A stretch of DNA of 64,000 bases from NCBI GenBank assembly GCA_945870865.1, contig CAMBTO010000003.1, positions 11,478 to 75,477 on the forward strand, read 5' to 3'. Shown in pieces: positions 11,162-20,028 of the stretch; the first letter of the stretch is position 1; every line of letters starts with the position of its first letter. This DNA comes from Klebsiella pneumoniae. Lineage in GTDB: Bacteria; Pseudomonadota; Gammaproteobacteria; Eutrophobiales; Eutrophobiaceae. The notes beneath the pieces were generated by a model, which was not told the DNA's origin, searched no databases, and saw only the letters and a program-made list of their open reading frames with translations. Both the position numbers and the translations under genes were made by a program.

Positions 11162-12150
11162 CTAGGCCGAGTCGGGCTTACGCTTGATAAGCAGCTCTGT
11201 CAGTGGTCCGGGTAAACTTACCCCATAACCTTGCGCGTAATCAACCCCGATTTCCCTGAGCATACCCATGATAAGGTCATTTTCGACGAATTCCGCGATG
11301 GTCTTCATCCCCATTACGTGTCCCATTTCGTTAATCGATTTGATCATGGCATGGTCGATCGGATCCGTCGTGATATTCTTCACAAACATACCATCTATTT
11401 TCAGAAAATCCACTGGCAGGTTTTTCAGATAGCCGAATGAGGACAGACCGCTGCCAAAATCGTCCAGTGCGAACTGGCAACCCAGCGCTCTCAGCGTGGA
11501 GATAAACTTGATCGCCCCACCCATGTTTGGAATGGCGGCGGTTTCGGTAATCTCGAAACAAATCTTGCCATTTTCAATACCGGAACCGGTGCCCTTGACC
11601 CGTATCGGCTTGCCGACTGCCGTCTCGTATCCCGGTCGTTGTACAGCAGTGACCATCGGTATCCATTCCAGCGCCTGGATCCCGCTATGGCGGAGTAATT
11701 TGGGACGTGTATAGGTGGCAAATGTTTCAGCACTGAGCTGACTGTGGCGGATAACAGGCACGCCAGCGGTCCTGCCAACAGGCTAAACAGGATGATAGAT
11801 CGTTCACGCAACAGTGCCTGGTCCTGATTCAGTATTCCTTGTACCAGTCTTGCACCAAGCCAGGCCTGGAGTAACGCACCTATCGTCATGATAATACCGG
11901 CGAGTACAGCGGTGGTCACTGATCCGCTGCCGGAAATATCCAGAAAGAAGGCGGTTTGAATCAGTTGGCTACCGATGAAAATACCGGGCAGCACACGTGA
12001 ACCGGCAATACAGACCGCTGCAAGTGCAATACCTGCGGCAGGCCAGACGATTGTCGCATTGCCTGGCGGGATAGCCAGAAGCATACCTGCTTGCCCCCCG
12101 AGAAAATAACCGAGCGCTGCCAGCAGATTGGAATATAAAAGATGTTTCAC
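11162..12150 (-). pseudogene. Degraded c-di-GMP signalling gene: N-terminal MASE1-like membrane module joined out of frame to the C-terminal half of an EAL domain
   Basis: Two overlapping ORFs lie in different frames. ORF 11491..12150 begins with about 140 aa of MASE1-like TM helices and then reads as nonsense. ORF 11162..11761 carries only distal EAL motifs (EITE, DDFGSGLSSFGYLKNLPVDFLKIDG, AEFVE, GVDYAQGY). There is no GGDEF or PAS domain and no proximal EAL half. Confidence 0.6.
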
Positions 12151-12184
12151 GTGATTATGAAATAGAACTGTTCAGGTACGATTT

Positions 12185-13696
12185 TCAGCCAGTGTGTAGA
12201 AGCTTTTTAAGGTCGGGCTTGATCACCTTGCCCATCGCATTACGGGGCAACGACGCCATGATCTGGATCCGCTTCGGGATCTTGTAGGCCGACATTTTTT
12301 GCTCACACCAGTTCTTTAATTGCTCGTAATCCAGACGGTTACCCGGTTTTAATACCAGAAATGCTATTACGGCCTCACCCCACGTGGCGTCCTCGACACC
12401 GATGACGGCACATTCGGCGACCGCATCATGGGTCAACAGCGTACCTTCGATTTCCAGGGCAGACAACTTGTAGCCTCCTGACTTGATAATGTCTACGGAG
12501 GATCGCCCCATGATCCGGTAATAACCGGTCTCAATGACCGCCACATCACCGGTGCAGAACCAGCCGTCATGATAACTTTTTGTCGTGGCATCCGCATTTT
12601 GCCAGTATTCGAGAAAGACATTGTCGCCCTGGATACGGATCTCGCCGGGCATGTCCGGCTGGTTGATTGGTTTGTTCTGCTCATCAAACAAGGCAACGCT
12701 GACACCCGGCAAGGCTATGCCTACCGCGCCGGCACGGCGTTCACCGTTGTACGGATTGGAGAGGGCCATGCCGATTTCAGTCATACCGTAGCGTTCAAGC
12801 AGCGTCTGACCGGTCAACTGCTTCCACTGCTCGTATACCTTGACCGGACAGGCCGCTGAGCCGGATACGTTCAGGCGCATCGCGCCAAAACCGGCACAGA
12901 TGGGCGCTCGCAGGTCGGGTACCAGAGATTCCAGATACTGGATAATCTTCACATAAATGGTAGGTACGGCCATAAACACAGAATAACGATGGGCACGGAC
13001 CTCGCCGAGTATCGTCTCCATATCAAATTTTCCGAACAGTGATACGGTCGCCCCTGCCCACAGTCCGCAACACAGCACGTTGATAATTCCATGCACATGA
13101 TGCAAGGGCAGAAACAGGGGAATTGTGTCATCCGCGCGCCAGGCCCAGGCCTCGATCAAAGAGCTGATTTGTGCATGGATGTTTTTACGGGTACTAACGA
13201 CACCTTTCGGCTTGCTGGTCGTTCCGCTGGTAAACAGGATCATGGCCCGCCGCTCCGGCGGAAGTTGTGGCAGCTGGCGTTCAACCACCTCCGTCGCTGT
13301 ATCTACTGAAAATAATTCTATATTTAGCGCGGCGCACAATTCTGCCAGTTTTGCATGTTGACTGCTGTGGGCCAGCAACCGGGTTACCCCGGCGCATGAC
13401 AGGGCATGTTCAATTTCGGGCAGGGCTGCACTCACATTCAAGGGCACGGCAATCCCGCCTGCCCGCCAGATTGCCAGCAAGGTCGTCACATACTCAACAC
13501 TGGCAGGCATGAAAAAGGCGATACGTTCTTCATTCAGGTCGGGGTGCTCACAAAGCAGGCGTGCTGCCGCCGCATTGACCAGACTGTCCAGACGGGCATA
13601 GCTGACCGACCGGGCCCCATCAATCAGTGCAGTACGGTGATTATTGCTGTTCAGTTGTTTGAACCACGAAGCTTGTCCGGACACGTTGTAATCCAT
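12185..13696 (-). CDS. AMP-dependent acyl-CoA synthetase/ligase
   Basis: 503 aa. The AMP-binding signature is FTSGTTSKPKGV. Also present are YGMTE, TGD and a C-terminal GKV.K motif. Confidence 0.85.
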   Translation of the reverse strand: MDYNVSGQASWFKQLNSNNHRTALIDGARSVSYARLDSLVNAAAARLLCEHPDLNEERIAFFMPASVEYVTTLLAIWRAGGIAVPLNVSAALPEIEHALSCAGVTRLLAHSSQHAKLAELCAALNIELFSVDTATEVVERQLPQLPPERRAMILFTSGTTSKPKGVVSTRKNIHAQISSLIEAWAWRADDTIPLFLPLHHVHGIINVLCCGLWAGATVSLFGKFDMETILGEVRAHRYSVFMAVPTIYVKIIQYLESLVPDLRAPICAGFGAMRLNVSGSAACPVKVYEQWKQLTGQTLLERYGMTEIGMALSNPYNGERRAGAVGIALPGVSVALFDEQNKPINQPDMPGEIRIQGDNVFLEYWQNADATTKSYHDGWFCTGDVAVIETGYYRIMGRSSVDIIKSGGYKLSALEIEGTLLTHDAVAECAVIGVEDATWGEAVIAFLVLKPGNRLDYEQLKNWCEQKMSAYKIPKRIQIMASLPRNAMGKVIKPDLKKLLHTG

Positions 13697-13875
13697 TCTT
13701 TTTTATACAGTGTGATGATATAGAGAGGACAGGCAGACTGCAATTACCGACAACAGCGGTCGCAGACGGCCGACACTAAATAATACCGGGTATCACCCGA
13801 CCTGCTATTGCAGGTTTTACATCTGCCCACTATTCTTTGAAGACTGATTCAGTCTGACAATCCGGGGGGGCGTCC

Positions 13876-15768
13876 ATGATCCAAATTCGTTTACCTGCAT
13901 TCATCACCGTGCTGATGTTATTGCAGGGTATGAGCAGCAGCGCCTGGTCGCAGGGGGTGCCTGCCGAATTGATAGAGTATCCCGAATTTGTGTTTCATAA
14001 CGGCCAGGTGCTGACCGCAGATCGGGATAGGGACTTCACTATCGCCGGGGCGGTGGCCGTGCGTGGTAACCGGATTCTGGCCGTCGGTACCAGCGAAAAA
14101 ATTCTGCGTCTGGCCGGTCCCACGACCCGGGTCATAGACCTGAAGGGTCGATCCTTGACGCCGGGGTTTATCTATAACGACGGCGATAACTCGGTTCCGG
14201 CCGGTGATATCCTGAAGGACAGCATGTGGGAAGGGCGCATACAGGCCCATCTGGGTGGCAAGACACTGGATGAGGCACTGGCCACCCTGTCCACTATTGT
14301 CGAAACCCACGGCAAACCGGGTGAGCCACTGTTTATAAAGTTGCAGGACCAGTGGGCAGGCAAGGTGATGCAGGACTGGAACCGCGCCACGCTGGATGAA
14401 GTGGCACCGGACAACCCGATAATTGTTTATCTGGATGCCAATCTGGCACTGGCCAACAAGGCGATGATCGAACTGGCCCTCCGCGAAGGGTTACCGGCAG
14501 ACCATTTTCATCTGGATCGTGATGCAAGCGGTGACTACACCGGCTGGACCGGTGCCCAGGTCAGCGGATTCATCGGGCGCGAGGTCAGGCCGTGGCCGGA
14601 ACCGGCCTGGTTTGATGAGGTGGCGATACCGATGGCGGTTAAATCACTGGCCAACTACGCCCGCCATGGTGTAACAGTGGCGACCGGCCATATGAGTGCG
14701 GCCACACTGACGATACTGAACCGCCTGTTTCATGAGCAACCGCAGGACCTGAAGGTGCGCGTGTATCCGGGTCTCGATTTCCTGCGCCAGAACCCGAACC
14801 CGGAGATGTATCTGAAACGTCTGGGTAATCTGGTGGATTTTTCGCTGGAGGATGCGCGCGGACCAATGGTCACCATCGTCGGTGCCTCGGTAGGCCCGCA
14901 TACCGGTGCGCCCGACGGCCCCATCAGCCTGTTGACGATAGGGCCAAAGACGAACGTAATTCCGGTGTTGAGTCCGAACACCAACGGATTCAACAGCTGG
15001 ACCGCACAGTCGTTTACCGGTCTGAAGCAGGAGGACCTGACGCCGGAACAATTGAAGCAGACGGATTATTACAATATTATCCTCGCCCGCCAGCATGGTT
15101 GGAATGTGACCGGCATCCATAACATGGGTAGTGAAGGTATCCGGCTGGCGATGCAGGCCGTGGTGGAAGCCGAGCAGCAGGACAAACTCTATGTGAAGAA
15201 ACTGTGGCGCCCCCAGAGTTTTGATCACAACATCGAATGGGTCCCTGAGGTGTATGAATATTACGCGGCGCATCCCGAGTTAAAGGACATCCTGCGAGTC
15301 GGGGTAAATCTGCGGATAGTCATCAAACAACGCGATGCGGCCCCGCTCAATATCAAGGATGTGATAGAGGCCCAGTGGGGTATGGCCGGTCTGGAACGGA
15401 TGGCGCCTTTAAATACGCTGCTGCAGAAAGGCATCCCGTTCCATATTGAAGGCACGGAGCCCGGTGATGAAGACGCTAGCCCGACCTGGTATATCCAGAA
15501 GGCCGTCACGCGGATTGATCGCCATGGTCGTGTCATTGCACCAGACGAGGCGCTGGATCGCCAGACGGCTTTTCTGGCGTTAACACGCTGGCCGGCCCGT
15601 TTTATCGGTGCTGAAAATGACATCGGTTCAATTCAGCCGGGCATGCTTGCGGATATGGTCGTGTTTGACGGTAACATACTGGATGTACCGATAGAAAGAC
15701 TGGCTGAATTACGGCCATTGCTGACGCTGGTCGGTGGTCAGGTGGCCTATGAGGCTGAAGGGCTCTAG
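13876..15768 (+). CDS. Secreted amidohydrolase-3 family protein, paralog 1 (non-canonical metal motif)
   Basis: 630 aa with a signal peptide (LLQGMSSSAWSQ). The N-terminal beta-sandwich segment AVAVRGNRILAVGT...VIDLKGRSLTPGFI is followed by YNDGDNS where HxH is expected. The C-terminus GSIQPGMLADMVVFD is typical of the family. Confidence 0.8.
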   Translation: MIQIRLPAFITVLMLLQGMSSSAWSQGVPAELIEYPEFVFHNGQVLTADRDRDFTIAGAVAVRGNRILAVGTSEKILRLAGPTTRVIDLKGRSLTPGFIYNDGDNSVPAGDILKDSMWEGRIQAHLGGKTLDEALATLSTIVETHGKPGEPLFIKLQDQWAGKVMQDWNRATLDEVAPDNPIIVYLDANLALANKAMIELALREGLPADHFHLDRDASGDYTGWTGAQVSGFIGREVRPWPEPAWFDEVAIPMAVKSLANYARHGVTVATGHMSAATLTILNRLFHEQPQDLKVRVYPGLDFLRQNPNPEMYLKRLGNLVDFSLEDARGPMVTIVGASVGPHTGAPDGPISLLTIGPKTNVIPVLSPNTNGFNSWTAQSFTGLKQEDLTPEQLKQTDYYNIILARQHGWNVTGIHNMGSEGIRLAMQAVVEAEQQDKLYVKKLWRPQSFDHNIEWVPEVYEYYAAHPELKDILRVGVNLRIVIKQRDAAPLNIKDVIEAQWGMAGLERMAPLNTLLQKGIPFHIEGTEPGDEDASPTWYIQKAVTRIDRHGRVIAPDEALDRQTAFLALTRWPARFIGAENDIGSIQPGMLADMVVFDGNILDVPIERLAELRPLLTLVGGQVAYEAEGL

Positions 15769-15813
15769 CGATACATTTTTCTGATTACAGGTAATTATTT
15801 ATCGGGGGTAATT

Positions 15814-17742
15814 ATGCAATTCAATTCTGTATTCCGGTTTTTGGCGATCGATGGCAAAGCTGTCCTGGCCGTACTGACCGGCCTGTGGCTTAGTGGGCAG
15901 ATGCTGTTCACGGTTCAGGCGCAATCAGATGTGCCCTCTGAGTTGATCCATTATCCGGAGTTTGTCTTTCACAACGGCCAGGTGTTGACCGCCGATGCTG
16001 ACAAGGACTTTACTGTGGCTGAAGCGGTTGCAGTGCGCGGCAATCGCATCTTCGCTGTCGGTACTAGCGCTGAGATCACTCGCCTGGTCGGTCCACAGAC
16101 GCGGGTGATAGACCTGAAGGGCCGCTCGTTGACACCCGGGTTTATCTATAATGATGGAGATAATTCTGTACCTGCCGGAGACCTCATCAAGGACAGCCAG
16201 TGGGGCGGCCAATTGCGCCCGGAGATAGGCGGTAAGACGATTGATCAAGCCCTCGCGACGATGGGGCATATTATCGAGATGGAAGGCACTCCGGGAGAAC
16301 CGATCTTTATCAACCTGCAGGACCAGTGGGCGGCGGTGGCGATGAAATCCTGGAGTATTTCGACACTGGACGAAATTGCACCGAACAATCCACTGATGAT
16401 CTATCTGGACAGCAGCTACGGCCTGATTAATACGGCGATGATCGAACTTGCGATCAAGATGGGTTTTCCGGCAGACCATTTCCATCTTGACCGTGACGAA
16501 AATGGCAACTATACCGGGGTCTCTGGTGCGCACCTGAACGGATTTGTCGGCCGGGAAGTCCGGCCCTGGCCGGATCCGTCCTGGTTTGAAACCGTGGCAA
16601 TCCCCTCCGCGGTGGAGTCGCTGGAAAATTATGCCCGCAATGGCGTGACGGTTGCTACCGGGCACATGAGTGCCGCGACGATGACTTTGCTGAACAAGCT
16701 GTTTCATGAGCAGCCGCAGGAGCTGAAGGTACGTGTTTATCCCGGGCTTGATTTTCTGATGCAAAATCCGAATGGTGAGATGTATCTGAAACGGATCGGC
16801 AACCTAGTGGATTTTTCACTCAGTGATGAACGTGGCGAGATGGTGACTATCGTCGGCACGGCTGTTGGTCCGCATACCGGTTCGGAAGATGCAGCCGCAA
16901 GTTTGTTATCAATTTCACCGAAAAAGAACGTGATCGATAATATCAGTCCGAACACACACGGATATAATCGCTGGACGGCCGAGTGGTTTACCGGGCTTAG
17001 CCATGAAGACCTGACACCGGAACAGCAACGGCGAACTGACTATCATAATGTGATGCTGGCCCGCCAGCATGGCTGGAATGTGACTGGTATCCATAATCGT
17101 GGCAGTGAGGGTATCCGTCTTGCCATGCAGAATGTGTATGAGGCCGAGACGCAGGACAAATTGTATGTAAAGAAGTTATGGCGGCCTCAGGGTTTTGATC
17201 ACAACGTAGACTGGGAACCCGGTGTGTTTGATTACTACATGGCACACCCGGAACTAAAAGAGATCATCCGATTTGGTGTGAATCTGGGCACGATGATCAA
17301 CCAGCGCAATGCCGATCCGCTCGGGATCAAGAATGTTTATGAAGCCCAGTATGGTATGGAAGGTCTGGAGCGTATTGCACCATTACGCACAATCATGGAA
17401 AAGGGTATTCCGTTTCATATCGAGGGTACCGAACCGCGTGATGACAAGGGTTTCCCGACCTGGTATATCCAGAAAGCGGTGACCCGTATTGATGCGCAGG
17501 GCAGGGTGATCGCGGCGGATGAGGCGCTGGATCGGCAGACGGCGTTTCTGGCGCTGACGCGCTGGGCGGCGCGTTTTATCGATGCAGAAAATGTGATGGG
17601 CTCCATCCAGCCGGGTATGCTGGCGGATCTGGTTGTGTTCAACGGGAATATCATGGATGTGCCGATTGAGAAGATCACGGATTTGAAACCGGTATTGACG
17701 CTGGTGGGGGGGAAGGTGGCGTATGAGGCGGGTGAACTTTAA
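15814..17742 (+). CDS. Secreted amidohydrolase-3 family protein, paralog 2 (tandem duplicate)
   Basis: 642 aa. It is colinear with the previous gene along the full length, with high identity by eye, and has the same PGFIYNDGDNSVPAGD segment. Confidence 0.8.
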   Translation: MQFNSVFRFLAIDGKAVLAVLTGLWLSGQMLFTVQAQSDVPSELIHYPEFVFHNGQVLTADADKDFTVAEAVAVRGNRIFAVGTSAEITRLVGPQTRVIDLKGRSLTPGFIYNDGDNSVPAGDLIKDSQWGGQLRPEIGGKTIDQALATMGHIIEMEGTPGEPIFINLQDQWAAVAMKSWSISTLDEIAPNNPLMIYLDSSYGLINTAMIELAIKMGFPADHFHLDRDENGNYTGVSGAHLNGFVGREVRPWPDPSWFETVAIPSAVESLENYARNGVTVATGHMSAATMTLLNKLFHEQPQELKVRVYPGLDFLMQNPNGEMYLKRIGNLVDFSLSDERGEMVTIVGTAVGPHTGSEDAAASLLSISPKKNVIDNISPNTHGYNRWTAEWFTGLSHEDLTPEQQRRTDYHNVMLARQHGWNVTGIHNRGSEGIRLAMQNVYEAETQDKLYVKKLWRPQGFDHNVDWEPGVFDYYMAHPELKEIIRFGVNLGTMINQRNADPLGIKNVYEAQYGMEGLERIAPLRTIMEKGIPFHIEGTEPRDDKGFPTWYIQKAVTRIDAQGRVIAADEALDRQTAFLALTRWAARFIDAENVMGSIQPGMLADLVVFNGNIMDVPIEKITDLKPVLTLVGGKVAYEAGEL

Positions 17743-17805
17743 ATCAACTTAGGCTTCGATTGATGGTGCGTCAGCAATCTGGTCAGGCCATTCAAAGACA
17801 TAGCA

Positions 17806-18030
17806 ATGGTAACGGATACTGCATTGTTGCTTCATATCGGCTGTCCGCCTCCGTTACCGTTATGGCTGTTCAAGACACGCCGTAAATACGTCCATGTAGG
17901 CTCGTGTGCCGCGTCCTGCGGCACACGGTCTTTCACAGACATAACGGCAACGGATGCTGGATTGTTCCTTCTTATCCGCTTCCGTTACCGCATCCTTGCG
18001 GCACACAGTATTCCACGTCCTGAACAGATT
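17806..18030. repeat. REP-like structured intergenic repeat (one full unit plus a partial, internally deleted unit)
   Basis: The core at 17877..17930 contains GTAG followed by the perfect hairpin GTGTGCCGC-gtcct-GCGGCACAC. Arms at 17851..17876 and 17928..17953 pair at 22 of 26 positions. A 45-50 bp segment at 17810..17859 recurs at 17947..17993, giving a period of about 137 bp. Confidence 0.65.
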
Positions 18031-18081
18031 GCTTCCTCCAGTCTGTGAATGGACTGGCTCCGGTCAAGAAGGTCCCCGGTA

Positions 18082-18543
18082 CTATTTATTCTTTTCGAGC
18101 TGATACTTTGACAACAACCTGTCCAGGCTGTCGGCGAAGGCCTTGCGGTCGGACTGGTTCAAGGTGGCGGGGCCGCCGGTGTGGATGCCGCTGGATCGCA
18201 GCGTGTCCATGAAGTCGCGCATGTTTAGACGGGCACGGATGTTCTGGGTGGTATACAACTCGCCCCGGGGATTCAGTGCATGGCCACCTTTGGCGATGAC
18301 TTCGGCGGCGAGCGGGATGTCTGCTGTAACGACCAGATCTCCGATCTCTACGCGTTTGACGATTTCGTTATCAGCCACATCAAACCCGGAGGGGACCTGC
18401 ACGGCGCGTATGTAAGGTGACGGTGGTACGCGTATCAACTGGTTCGCAACGAGGACCACCTCAATCGCGGTACGCTCGGCGGCGCGGTACAGGATGTCCT
18501 TGATGACGCCAGGACAGGCGTCTGCATCTACCCAGACTTTCAT
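18082..18543 (-). CDS. yaiI: YaiI/YqxD family protein (UPF0178/DUF188)
   Basis: 153 aa. The N-terminus [24 protein letters not shown] is characteristic of the family. Confidence 0.85.
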   Translation of the reverse strand: MKVWVDADACPGVIKDILYRAAERTAIEVVLVANQLIRVPPSPYIRAVQVPSGFDVADNEIVKRVEIGDLVVTADIPLAAEVIAKGGHALNPRGELYTTQNIRARLNMRDFMDTLRSSGIHTGGPATLNQSDRKAFADSLDRLLSKYQLEKNK

Positions 18544-18733
18544 TATTTATACCGGCCTTGACTGCTCATAATGGGCTGTTTTTCAGGCATCATCGCTGTA
18601 TTGCTCGCTTCACGTCAAGTCTGTGAGACGGGTAGCTATATATAGCTAGGGTCGGGTGCTGTATCCGTGTTCTAATAAAAAACTGTTTTCAGACAGGCGT
18701 CAGCGGGCACATAACGAGCCGCAGGAGAGTGTC

Positions 18734-19227
18734 AAGTCAGTTGAAATATTTTTAAAGCTTGATGGAATATACGGTGGTACCCGTAACTTCACTCACAAGG
18801 GCTGGTCGGATGTGACCTTCTGGTCCTGGGAGATGCAGAGTAATCGCAGCTCTACGCAGAAGTCTGAAGGGGACAAGACGGGATTCAGACAGATGACCAT
18901 CGTCAAGCGTATCGGTATGGAAAGTGCTCATATTATGTCGCTGTTTGCAAAGGGTAGAACCATCGCCTCGGCTGACCTGGTCATTGTGCCTGTAGTGACC
19001 AAACGTGAGGCCAAACAGAAATACCTGTCCATTCATATGGAAGACGTACGGGTCAAGTCTATAGTTACCGGCGGTAATGCGGCAGAAGAGTTTTTTATGA
19101 GACCGTGGTCCTGCTGTTTGCCCGGGTCCGGTATGATTTCAGTGTAAATGCCTCTCTGGGTTCCGATCTGCCTGCAGGCGAATTCCGGTTTGCGTGGGAC
19201 ATCAATCAGGCCAAGGCCTGGGAATAA
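18734..19227 (+). pseudogene. hcp: Orphan type VI secretion tube protein Hcp (Hcp1/TssD family), apparently inactivated
   Basis: By eye it aligns with Hcp1 at three segments: IFLKLDGIYGGT..THKGWSDVTFWSWEM; VKSIVTGGNAAEEFF; then, in the -1 frame, YETVVLLFARVRYDFSVN...FRFAWDINQAKAWE. The frame breaks at the T6 run at 19091..19096. The expected start codon, 6 nt after an AGGAG, reads AAG (18734..18736). Confidence 0.7.
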
Positions 19228-19337
19228 TCAAATTTCTCTAAAGTTTTCCTTAAACCTGCCGTTTACCTGGGTAAAACACGCGTGAATGACAGCTCCTGAT
19301 TCCGGTGTGTCTGGAACTAACTCCAGGACACACAGTG

Positions 19338-20019
19338 TCAGGTAGTACGCCTTATCCTCAACATACTGTTGCCCCCACGCTGTAACTCGAAATCGACCTG
19401 CTCGATCGTGGCATGGTAGCCGGCGGCCTCCAGCGCGGTCAGTATCGGGTGCAGATACGGTGAGGTCTCCAGCATTAGTGTCAGCAAGGGGAAGATCCTG
19501 ACCTCCGCCGCGATACGCAGCATTTCCAGTATTGAATCCAGATGGAACTTGCGATCCAGATGGGCCGAGTAGAGGAACAGGAAGTTTGAACACAGGGCCA
19601 GATCAAAGCTGTCGTCTGCAAACGGCAGTGTTGGCAGGCTGGCGGTGATATACCAGCCGCTTGCCTTGCCCGCAGCAAAATCCGCCACAAATCGTTCCAG
19701 CGCACCGGCACGACTTTCCCGCAGTGGATCGACATCGCGATGGTAGGACCATACCCAGTCCTCCGGCGTGGCCCGGACCTGGTTGATGATGTTATCAACC
19801 ACGGCATAAAACTGGCTTTCAATCTGCTGCGCACTGAACGCATAAAGCGGATCGACGGAGACGACAGTCTTGCCGAGCGCCGTCATCTCGCTATTAAAGC
19901 TGGCCGTCCGCGACGCTGATAATACGATGGTTAATATCCTGATCTGTCAGATTGAACAGATGCCGATATTCATCGAGTCGGCGCCCGAACGGGACGACTT
20001 GGTCCAGCTTCATCACCAT
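19338..20019 (-). pseudogene. Class I SAM-dependent methyltransferase, frameshifted
   Basis: ORF 19338..19886 lacks an N-terminus. The upstream frame from the ATG at 20019 reads MVMKLDQVVPFGRRLDEYRHLFNLTDQDINHRIISVADG, then hits TAA TAG. The other frame continues ASFNSEMTALGKTVVSVDPLY. The frame switch lies near 19895..19905. Confidence 0.6.
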
Positions 20020-20028
20020 AAGGTGACT

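Noticed and set aside
17806-18048. ORF-track entries 17806..18048, 51767..55 (51767..51955) and 45947..46183 as protein-coding genes.
   Set aside because: They are translations of the REP-like repeats and hairpins. They have no RBS and no recognisable protein features.
19082-19105. Programmed -1 ribosomal frameshifting at the T-run in hcp.
   Set aside because: No canonical X_XXY_YYZ heptamer lies in the zero frame, and I saw no downstream stimulatory structure. The apparent loss of the start codon also argues for decay or sequencing error rather than recoding.
18082-20019. A type VI secretion or effector island around hcp.
   Set aside because: The neighbours are yaiI, a methyltransferase pseudogene and a RidA-like gene. 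No vgrG, PAAR, tss or immunity-like genes are present.
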